Of a DNA stretch of 24,251 nt, positions 1-6,753 are shown in pieces. A program made the position numbers and the translations under genes. Each line of letters starts with the position of its first letter. Position 1 is the first letter of the stretch. Origin of the DNA: a virus (Duplodnaviria > Caudoviricetes). Location of the stretch: the IMG/VR virus record IMGVR_UViG_3300048578_000401, positions 1 to 24,251 of that record; one strand, given 5' to 3'. Under the pieces are notes generated by a model. It saw only the letters and a program-made list of their open reading frames with translations. It was not told where the DNA came from and searched no databases.

Positions 1-363
1 ATGACAGAACCCAAAAGGCCGGGGAGACCGCTGACCTACATCGAAAAACTCAATTTCGAGGCTCTCAAACGAGCGGCCGAAGAAGAGGTGCGTAACAATC
101 AAGCCAATCAGGTCTGTCCTCCTGATTCCGAAGGTCAGGAGCCGAATCTTCGGCAACTGTCCGCTGATCTGTGTGTCCTGCTGGATAATAATGTTCACCA
201 TGCCCAGACCCTGCGGTCCCATCTGTTTCTGACAGATGCCTCCCCAGAGCTCGCAGACGGTCAGGGGTACTACCAACAGGATGTCGAGTCACTGCTGAAG
301 TGTGCGAAGGACAGATCCAGCGAACTGAACCAGATCTTCCAGCAGTTACTGAAAAGCGTCTAA
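1..363 (+). CDS. Hypothetical protein (120 aa; start at window edge)
   Basis: Open frame co-oriented with downstream genes; no recognisable motif. Confidence 0.6.
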   Translation: MTEPKRPGRPLTYIEKLNFEALKRAAEEEVRNNQANQVCPPDSEGQEPNLRQLSADLCVLLDNNVHHAQTLRSHLFLTDASPELADGQGYYQQDVESLLKCAKDRSSELNQIFQQLLKSV

Positions 364-382
364 ATTCCCATATTTTTTTAAA

Positions 383-412
383 TGGCCTGTAAAGGCCGGA
401 GAGGTAGTTGCG
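383..412 (+). promoter_or_regulatory. Hairpin plus Shine-Dalgarno leader motif, copy 1
   Basis: TGGCCT-GTAA-AGGCC-GGAGAGG-TAGTT before ATG 413; near-identical to 731-758. Confidence 0.6.
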
Positions 413-658
413 ATGGAACCGAGAGATATTTCTTATGCATTGCGGTTGCTTAAGCAAGGAAAGCGAGTTGGCCGTGAAAATTGGAACGGAAAGAAAATGT
501 GGCTTAAGCTGCAAGTGCCCGACGAAAACAGCAAAATGACCCTACCTTACATCTATATCGAGTACCCGGAAGGCCATCCGGCATACCCCAATGGTTGTCG
601 CGTTCCCTGGCTTGCCAGCCAGACAGATCTGCTCGCTGAAGATTGGTTCGAAGTTTAA
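413..658 (+). CDS. DUF2829 / Thoeris anti-defence 2 (Tad2)-like protein
   Basis: Family motifs ALxxLKQGKRVxRxxWNGKxMWL and PWLASQTDLLAEDW; 81 aa; good SD. Confidence 0.85.
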   Translation: MEPRDISYALRLLKQGKRVGRENWNGKKMWLKLQVPDENSKMTLPYIYIEYPEGHPAYPNGCRVPWLASQTDLLAEDWFEV

Positions 659-669
659 CGGTAGCCCCC

Positions 670-712
670 AGCCCACCATCGTAAGGCAGGATCGACTCTG
701 CCATGGGCTTTT
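670..712 (+). terminator. Possible bulged stem-loop / weak intrinsic terminator
   Basis: AGCCCA...TGGGCT followed by TTT, with inner GGCAG/CTGCC stem; short U tract. Confidence 0.35.
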
Positions 713-730
713 GGATCTTTTAAATATGTT

Positions 731-758
731 TGGCCCTCAGGGCCGGAGAGGTTGTTTT
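731..758 (+). promoter_or_regulatory. Hairpin plus Shine-Dalgarno leader motif, copy 2
   Basis: TGGCCC-TCA-GGGCC-GGAGAGG-TTGTT before ATG 759. Confidence 0.6.
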
Positions 759-1265
759 ATGACAGACGAATTGAAGGAAGGGCAGGGGGCGGTAGAAACT
801 GTGGCCGTGTGTCCCGTTAACGATCAGGGCGATGTGGTTGTCGGTGAGACGAATTCTAATATCGCTGAACAGGTGGCCAAGGCCGAGCCGTCCATCGAGA
901 TCTACGATGACTCCAAGAAGGTATACGATATTGCCGGGCGGGCCTATGAGTGCCGACGGGCGATCGCGATCCACGTCCTGGATGTACATCGTGAGCCCTG
1001 GACGCATCTAACCCCGGAAGAGCAACGGTCCACGATCGAGAGCGTGATCGATACGCTCAAAGATCCGAGTCAATCGCCGTCCCAGTCTCACAACAAGTGG
1101 ATGGCCAGAAAAGCAAAACAGGGCTGGAGCTATGGACCTGACCGCAACGAGGCCTGCCAGCGATCTCCGTTCATGCTGCCCTGGTCGGAGCTTGATGATA
1201 ATTGTCGGCTCCTGTCGTTCGTGTTTCATACGGCGATCTTGGCCAGGATCCCGAAGACCGTTTAA
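759..1265 (+). CDS. RyR-domain-containing phage protein
   Basis: SHNKWMARKAKQGWSYGPDRN...SPFMLPWSEL matches the RyR repeat pattern HxxW...GWxYG...PxxxPyxxL; start moved to ATG 759 after GGAGAGG. Confidence 0.8.
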   Translation: MTDELKEGQGAVETVAVCPVNDQGDVVVGETNSNIAEQVAKAEPSIEIYDDSKKVYDIAGRAYECRRAIAIHVLDVHREPWTHLTPEEQRSTIESVIDTLKDPSQSPSQSHNKWMARKAKQGWSYGPDRNEACQRSPFMLPWSELDDNCRLLSFVFHTAILARIPKTV

Positions 1266-1310
1266 TACCTTTTTGAAATCCCTGGGCGGTGGAAGCCGCC
1301 TGGGGTGTGA

Positions 1311-1382
1311 CGCGGGTTTGGCATTGGAAGCCGCCGGGGACTAGCCGCCTCGGAAATGCCGGTTCGAGTCCGGCACCCGCGA
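1311..1382 (+). tRNA. tRNA-like cloverleaf with non-canonical 8-nt anticodon loop (identity undetermined; possibly pseudo-tRNA)
   Basis: Acceptor CGCGGGT/ACCCGCG (7 bp); D arm GGC-ATTGGAA-GCC; anticodon stem CCGGGG/CCTCGG with loop ACTAGCCG; T arm GCCGG-TTCGAGT-CCGGC; no encoded CCA. Confidence 0.7.
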
Positions 1383-1388
1383 TTATGA

Positions 1389-1452
1389 ATCGGGTTGGTT
1401 AACTACCAATCAACGCTGAATCGGTCTGGAGGCCAGGCCGGACCAACCCGAT
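1389..1452 (+). ncRNA. Structured RNA element downstream of the tRNA-like gene
   Basis: ATCGGGTTGGTT (1389-1400) pairs with GACCAACCCGAT (1441-1452), enclosing hairpin CGGTCTGG-AGG-CCAGGCCG. Confidence 0.4.
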
Positions 1453-1481
1453 CCATTTGATTTGCAACATGGAGGCTTGCT

Positions 1482-1607
1482 ATGTCTGGATTCTTTTTCC
1501 TGGGGTTGTTTACGGGGATGCTCCTGGGCTTTTATCTCCCGTTATTTCTCGCGTGGAATAAAGAACGCACACCTCTTCAACGCAAACGCCTGGACGTTCT
1601 GGGTTAA
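1482..1607 (+). CDS. Small single-pass membrane protein (41 aa; absent from the ORF track)
   Basis: GGAGG at 1471-1475, ATG 1482, MSGFFFLGLFTGMLLGFYLPLFLAWNKERTPLQRKRLDVLG*; hydrophobic N-half and basic tail. Confidence 0.7.
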   Translation: MSGFFFLGLFTGMLLGFYLPLFLAWNKERTPLQRKRLDVLG

Positions 1608-1637
1608 CCCTTTTTTATATTTATTGGAGGTAATGGT

Positions 1638-2468
1638 ATGTCTGAAAAAACGAAGATTGAAAGTATGCTGGGGGATGTCCGGCGAGGATGCGAAAACGTC
1701 TTCGACGTCATCCGGGAGACCATCGAGTTTGAAGGTGAGAAGGTGCCACAGACTCGTATTATTCTGTCGGAGAAGTTTACGCCACTGGAACGCAAAGAGA
1801 GCCCGAGACGCGCCCACACGTTCCAGGAGGTTGGCGGATTCGTCGCCTACTTGAAGGAATACGGCGGCGATCATACGGTTGTCTTGGCCGATGTGGCAGA
1901 TCCTGATTTGACCAGCATGGATGGGATCCTGGACGAGGAATCCCCGGATGGATTCGAGAAGGTGACCTTCAACCCGCGACTGCATCCTCTATTGGTACCG
2001 TGGATACATGCGATCCAGCATCCGATGGAGCTCGAAGACTTTGCCGACCTGGTGACGCGAAACCGTCGGACCCTGGTCAACGGGCGAGACCTCGCGATGA
2101 TGTTTGCCCAGGTGAAGTGCTCGATCAAGACCGAGGTACAAAAGGGCTTCGGGAAGAAAAGCGTCAACGGAGTCATGACAACCTTTGAGATTAATGGCCA
2201 GGTGCAGTCTCAGCCGGTAGATCTGCCCGAATCGATCACCCTCGAGTGTCCGATCTTTGTCGGGACACCAAAGATCAAGATCGATCTGGACCTGGTCATC
2301 AAGGGCAACAGTAATACCGTCGTGGTGTCCCTGGGCGATTCGGACTTCCAGGTCAAGCGGATTGAGGCGGTCGAAGATTTCGTCAAGCAGATCCGCGAAT
2401 CGGGGCTCATGGTCTCCCTGGGCCGGGCCATCAACCACAACTGGGATTATGTCGGGGGTGCGAAGTAA
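1638..2468 (+). CDS. Conserved phage protein, DUF2303 (YfdQ)-like
   Basis: GGAGG SD; features HTF...FVAYLKEY and LPESITLECPIFVG; typical size and pairing with the following small gene. Confidence 0.6.
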   Translation: MSEKTKIESMLGDVRRGCENVFDVIRETIEFEGEKVPQTRIILSEKFTPLERKESPRRAHTFQEVGGFVAYLKEYGGDHTVVLADVADPDLTSMDGILDEESPDGFEKVTFNPRLHPLLVPWIHAIQHPMELEDFADLVTRNRRTLVNGRDLAMMFAQVKCSIKTEVQKGFGKKSVNGVMTTFEINGQVQSQPVDLPESITLECPIFVGTPKIKIDLDLVIKGNSNTVVVSLGDSDFQVKRIEAVEDFVKQIRESGLMVSLGRAINHNWDYVGGAK

Positions 2469-2469
2469 C

Positions 2470-2904
2470 ATGGCTAAATACGTACCCATTAAACTCGAAT
2501 TGATCGACGAGGGGCTGTTCTCCAAGCAGATCGAAATCGATTTCGGCGAGGTCCAGCGGGCTCTGATCAATTACATCGCCCATAACGGCAAGCGGATCCA
2601 GAAGGGCTCTGCTAAACTCGTTATCGAGCTCACCGTCGGCGCGGCCAAGCCGAAGAATTCCGACGTCTTTAGCTACTACGTCGAAGCCAAGACGAAAAAG
2701 CAGCTGCCGGCAACGCCACCCTCGGTCTCGGTCGTTCTTCTGGACCTCAACGATGACAACGAGGATACGCTGTTTGTCTCATCCAGCGGTGGCCGACGGG
2801 ATACCCCTTTGCAGCAAGTCCTGTGTACTTCGGACGGTCGGACGGTGGACCAGGAGACCGGCGAAGTTTTGGATAAACAGCCGGGGACCGAGATTGTGAT
2901 CTAG
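2470..2904 (+). CDS. Conserved phage hypothetical protein (usual partner of DUF2303-like genes)
   Basis: Start moved to ATG 2470; AKLVIELTV...VEAKTKKQLP pattern; C-terminal VDQETGEVL motif common in phage proteins. Confidence 0.7.
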   Translation: MAKYVPIKLELIDEGLFSKQIEIDFGEVQRALINYIAHNGKRIQKGSAKLVIELTVGAAKPKNSDVFSYYVEAKTKKQLPATPPSVSVVLLDLNDDNEDTLFVSSSGGRRDTPLQQVLCTSDGRTVDQETGEVLDKQPGTEIVI

Positions 2905-2974
2905 TGTCGCCTGGATGGGAAGGAAGGCCCCGGTCGGAGTCATGCCCGGCCGGGGAATTTAGGAGGATTTAACA

Positions 2975-3160
2975 ATGGCTGGAAAAGGAATGCTGGTGCT
3001 CGAGCGGACGAAAGACCAAGTCATCTGCATCGGCGAGGACATCCGGATTATGGTCGTCGCCGTCGAGGGTGGGCGGGTCAAGCTGGGGGTCTGTGCTCCG
3101 GGCCTGCGGATCGATCGCCAGGAAATACGTGAGCGAAAGGACAGTAAACATGATGCCTAA
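2975..3160 (+). CDS. csrA: Carbon storage regulator CsrA/RsmA family RNA-binding protein
   Basis: MLVLERTKDQVICIGEDIRIMVVAVEGGRVKLGVCAP..IDRQEI matches the CsrA consensus; AGGAGG SD. Confidence 0.92.
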   Translation: MAGKGMLVLERTKDQVICIGEDIRIMVVAVEGGRVKLGVCAPGLRIDRQEIRERKDSKHDA

Positions 3161-3482
3161 AAAAGAGGTTGCACCCGTGATTGAAACCCCAGAGCAGCGA
3201 AAGGCGATGTTCCTGGCCATGAAAAACGCCGTCGTCTCTCAGCCCTGGTGCATCTACTGCTCGGAGTGCCGCTGGGGCTGGAACGGTCAGGGCAGCTGCT
3301 ACCGCGGCGGCTCGTTTGCCACTCGGAATGTCTTCGGCTGCCACCAGGGGCAGCTGATCGTCGGACTCAAACATCTGTACTACGCCCAGTGCGTGCGGCG
3401 AAATTGGACATCGCGTGATATCCGGGCCTGCATGCTCCATATGGGCGTTTTGCCACCCACTATAAAACAGGAGATTCTATGA
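3150..3482 (+). CDS. Hypothetical Cys-rich protein (possible Zn binding)
   Basis: CxxCxxC...C...C; overlaps the csrA stop; start moved to ATG 3150. Confidence 0.6.
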   Translation: MMPKKEVAPVIETPEQRKAMFLAMKNAVVSQPWCIYCSECRWGWNGQGSCYRGGSFATRNVFGCHQGQLIVGLKHLYYAQCVRRNWTSRDIRACMLHMGVLPPTIKQEIL

Positions 3483-3721
3483 AACCGGCACAAATGAAGG
3501 ATATTAAATTTCTGCTCTACCGACTCGAAGGCGAGTTGCACCGAGCCAGGCGAGAGATGCTCCATGATCTGCGGGAAGATTACGACAACGCCCATCAGAC
3601 CCTCGATCGGGCGATCAAGACCTTTGAAGTCAAGCCCAAGACTAAGGCTGGATCGTCGGCCGATCAACAGCCTGAAGTGGGCAAAGATAGTGATTTGCCG
3701 GGAATGGGTTCGAATTCGTAA
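3479..3721 (+). CDS. Hypothetical protein (helical)
   Basis: AGGAG SD; ATGA overlap with the upstream gene. Confidence 0.7.
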   Translation: MKPAQMKDIKFLLYRLEGELHRARREMLHDLREDYDNAHQTLDRAIKTFEVKPKTKAGSSADQQPEVGKDSDLPGMGSNS

Positions 3722-3745
3722 TGGTTTTTATATCAGGAGTGAATC

Positions 3746-4624
3746 ATGCTTTGTATACATCATAATGATTTGGATGGTCGATGTTCGGCGGCGATCGTGC
3801 GACGGAAGTTTCCGGAATGTCGGTTCATGGAGGTGGATTATAACACTGAATTCGACTATCCGGAGGATATGGTTGATTTTGGCGAGAGGGTCTTCATTGT
3901 CGACTTTTCGCTCAAGCCCAACGTGATGGCCAGATTTTTGCAGATGACGAAAGATATCACCTGGATCGACCATCACGCGACGGCCCTGGAGTACGATTAT
4001 GGGTTTGTATTGCCTGGGGTTCGAAATGTGGAATGGTCGGCCTGCAAGCTTACCTGGTACTACCTGTTTCCTCTCGAAGTTATTCCGCTGGCGGTGGGCT
4101 ATATCGATGATATGGATATGTGGAAATGGGATATGGCGGACACGGATCCCTTCACGGCCGCCCTGGCGATCCGTGATACATCTCCTGAAAGTCCGGTATG
4201 GGATGAATTGATTGGCGACAACCCGGTACTTCGGCAAGTCATTATTAGTGAGATGGTGCGTAACGGTCATATCCTGATTCTTCAGCGTGTGAAAAAGTGC
4301 GATGAGTTCCACAAGCGTCATGGATACAAATCCTGGTTCACAGTTAAGAAATGGCTCGGAATTGATAAGGGGATCGTTCGCGAAGAGGTGATGATGTTTG
4401 TTTCCAGTGAAAACGGATTTGGATCCAAAGGGATTATTAATCAGCGGGCGGAACATCCGATTGTTGCCCTGGTGAGCTGGCTGGGAGACGGCTGGAAGGT
4501 CGGACTTTATACCGATCGGGAAAATATCGATGTGGGGCAAATCGCCAAGCAATACGGTGGAGGGGGCCATAAAGGGGCGGCTGGGTTCTATTGCAGGGAA
4601 TTACCGTTTAAAAAGATTGACTGA
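3746..4624 (+). CDS. DHH/DHHA1 family phosphoesterase
   Basis: HxDxDG (HNDLDG), IVDFS, WIDHH, SACKLTW and C-terminal GGGGHKGAAGF motifs. Confidence 0.93.
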   Translation: MLCIHHNDLDGRCSAAIVRRKFPECRFMEVDYNTEFDYPEDMVDFGERVFIVDFSLKPNVMARFLQMTKDITWIDHHATALEYDYGFVLPGVRNVEWSACKLTWYYLFPLEVIPLAVGYIDDMDMWKWDMADTDPFTAALAIRDTSPESPVWDELIGDNPVLRQVIISEMVRNGHILILQRVKKCDEFHKRHGYKSWFTVKKWLGIDKGIVREEVMMFVSSENGFGSKGIINQRAEHPIVALVSWLGDGWKVGLYTDRENIDVGQIAKQYGGGGHKGAAGFYCRELPFKKID

Positions 4625-4625
4625 T

Positions 4626-5066
4626 ATGGGCACGCTGCGGAAGGAACAATTTATCTCCCTGGTCAACGAGATCAGACAACGCAATCCCCGGCTGGCGGAG
4701 TGCATGATGGCTCAATATGAGGTCAAAGCCGGTGGAAAACCCAACTGCCGGGTTAAAGGGATGACAAAACCCGAAAAGCTCTGGGGGCTGGAACTCAGGC
4801 GCCAACAGGAGGCCGGAGAGATAAAAGCCTTTGTTTATGAGCCGTTTAAGATGTCGCTCGGCGAACGATGCACCTATACGCCCGATTACGTGATCACCTT
4901 GAACGATGGGACGATTCGGATTGATGAATGCAAGGGACCGTTCATCCGCGAGGATGCCATGATCAAACTCAAATGGGTGGCTCAGAAGTATCCGGAGCAT
5001 ATCGTCAGACTCTGTCAGCGGCTTAAGGATGGTCGATGGAAGATTTCGGTTATTGGAAGAGAGTAA
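4626..5066 (+). CDS. PD-(D/E)XK endonuclease, DUF1064-like
   Basis: YTPDY...IDECKG..REDAMIKLK; start moved to ATG 4626. Confidence 0.8.
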   Translation: MGTLRKEQFISLVNEIRQRNPRLAECMMAQYEVKAGGKPNCRVKGMTKPEKLWGLELRRQQEAGEIKAFVYEPFKMSLGERCTYTPDYVITLNDGTIRIDECKGPFIREDAMIKLKWVAQKYPEHIVRLCQRLKDGRWKISVIGRE

Positions 5067-5088
5067 ACTTTTAAGAAAGGTCAAAAAT

Positions 5089-5307
5089 ATGACTAAGTAT
5101 TGGTGTAACGGCAAAATCATTGAGGTCCTGCAGGGGCTGGGCGATGCCTGGATGGTTGGAACGATGAAGAAGAATGGAACAGGCCGATCTCGCTTTGTCT
5201 CTAAAGCCTGCCCGGTCCGCACAACTAGAGAGGAATCTGAAGCGGACTTGAAGTCTTACGCTGCAAAGAATGGACTCAGGCCGGTTATAGAGGAGGATGG
5301 AGTTTAA
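5089..5307 (+). CDS. Hypothetical protein
   Basis: AAGG SD before ATG 5089; TAATG overlap with the next gene. Confidence 0.65.
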   Translation: MTKYWCNGKIIEVLQGLGDAWMVGTMKKNGTGRSRFVSKACPVRTTREESEADLKSYAAKNGLRPVIEEDGV

Positions 5308-5654
5308 TGAAACCCATGCGAAAGATACTTGATGATTTGGCTGGCGACTGCCACCTCATGGATTATGGCGATGATGGCATGTCAGGATACCTGCGCACCC
5401 CATTTGGCCATCAGTTGAAGTTTATCGCCTCCTGGGGCGAGGGCTGGGATCATGTAAGTGTGTCGCGTACCGATCGATGCCCGACGTGGGAAGAAATGGC
5501 CTGGGTGAAAGATCGATTCTTTGAGCCAGAAGAGGCAGCCATGCAACTGCATCCGCCGCAATCGCAGTACGTCAACCGCCATCCGTTCTGCCTGCATATC
5601 TGGCGGCCTCATAGATCGATTGTCCCGCTGCCTCCGATTGAATTTGTCGGATAA
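5307..5654 (+). CDS. Conserved phage protein (HVSVS...PTWEEM...HP..LHIW family)
   Basis: Widespread phage motif WDHVSVSR.DRCPTWEEM..VK..FF....AMQLHPP...YVN.HP.CLHIW; GGAGG SD. Confidence 0.8.
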   Translation: MKPMRKILDDLAGDCHLMDYGDDGMSGYLRTPFGHQLKFIASWGEGWDHVSVSRTDRCPTWEEMAWVKDRFFEPEEAAMQLHPPQSQYVNRHPFCLHIWRPHRSIVPLPPIEFVG

Positions 5655-5659
5655 GTTAA

Positions 5660-5687
5660 ACCACGAATGACACGAAGGGACACGAAG
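5660..5687 (+). repeat. Three short direct repeats of CACGAA
   Basis: ACCACGAATGACACGAAGGGACACGAAG; CACGAA at 5662, 5671 and 5681, intergenic. Confidence 0.7.
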
Positions 5688-5688
5688 A

Positions 5689-6021
5689 ATGAGTAAAGAC
5701 AAGAAATACACTTCCGATCAATGGTCGAGAACGAAATCGAACGAAATAGCTGCTGGCGTTGGTTATGACCGGATTATTATTGCCAGGACGGCTGCGAAGG
5801 CGAAAGGGCAGGATCTGCCACAGGCGGCCAACGCTCAGCTTATGTCGACAGCCAAGGATCTTTTAGAGGCATGCGAGGCGGTCCTGGATGCAATTAATCA
5901 GGCTGGAACTGGTCAACCGTCCCTTTGGATCAATCCTCCCTATGTACGCCCTGGAGTATACGAGTCAATTAATGAGCGATTAGAGTCTGTGATTGAAAAG
6001 GCGAAGAAGGTCGATGCGTGA
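5689..6021 (+). CDS. Hypothetical phage protein
   Basis: ANAQLMSTAKDLLEAC resembles the common phage ANARLIAAAPDLLEAL motif. Confidence 0.75.
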   Translation: MSKDKKYTSDQWSRTKSNEIAAGVGYDRIIIARTAAKAKGQDLPQAANAQLMSTAKDLLEACEAVLDAINQAGTGQPSLWINPPYVRPGVYESINERLESVIEKAKKVDA

Positions 6022-6060
6022 TGTTAAACGATCAGGCATTTAAAAAAAAGGATACAAAAA

Positions 6061-6753
6061 ATGAAAGAACGACCAATATTATTTAGCGGTCCGATGATCA
6101 TGGCGATCCATGATGGGCGAAAGACTATGACGAGGAGGATAAACACCCACCCTCGTCTTGGTGGTCCGGACGATGTAGCTGACATTGATGATATCGAGGC
6201 AGCTCTTGATGATTGCCCATATGGCCAGCCAGGCGATAGACTCTGGGTGCGTGAAACATGGAGACCTGAGATAGTTCATTCATGTACTGATACATGCGAT
6301 TGTGATGATTTTAAGATTACTTATTTAGCTGACGGTCATGTTGAATTCTTTTCTGGATACGATAAACGCGTTGATCCAGATTGGTGCATTCCAAAAGCTG
6401 CAAAAAAAGGAAATGTACCCAGTATATTTATGCCACGCTGGGCAAGCCGAATCCTGCTCGAGATCACCGATGTCAAGATTGAACGAGTGCAGGAAATCAG
6501 CGAGGAGGATGCGATTGCGGAAGGGGTTGATCGTAATTGTCTTGATTATCCAAATTGCGGAAGTTGTAAAACGGCATACGATGGATGTAAATCTGAATAT
6601 ATCCATTATCAGCGTGGTGATTGTGATTTTCCTGCATTTTCGGCAGTCGAGTCGTTTCGCTCTCTTTGGAATTCTATCAACGCAAAACGCGGCTTCGGAT
6701 GGGAATCAAATCCTTGGGTATGGGCGAACAGTTTTAAGCGGGTGGATGCATGA
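6061..6753 (+). CDS. ASCH/PUA-like domain phage protein
   Basis: MKERPILFSGPM...GRKTMTRR, CPYGQPGDRLWVRETW, PSIFMPRWASRILLEIT, NPWVW family motifs. Confidence 0.85.
   Translation: MKERPILFSGPMIMAIHDGRKTMTRRINTHPRLGGPDDVADIDDIEAALDDCPYGQPGDRLWVRETWRPEIVHSCTDTCDCDDFKITYLADGHVEFFSGYDKRVDPDWCIPKAAKKGNVPSIFMPRWASRILLEITDVKIERVQEISEEDAIAEGVDRNCLDYPNCGSCKTAYDGCKSEYIHYQRGDCDFPAFSAVESFRSLWNSINAKRGFGWESNPWVWANSFKRVDA

Noticed and set aside
1341-1343. CTA in the tRNA-like loop read as an amber suppressor implying stop-codon recoding
   Set aside because: CUA is not preceded by U33 or centred in the loop, and genes ending in TAG (such as TerL and capsid) terminate at sensible lengths under the standard code.
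1606-1630. AACC-T6-AT..TTAT-GGAG motif resembling 14618-14639
   Set aside because: Low-complexity U-rich tracts before SDs are ordinary translational enhancers; the similarity is explained by composition.
1462-1854. 130-aa ORF from the track
   Set aside because: Overlaps the better-supported 1482-1607 and 1638-2468 genes in other frames.
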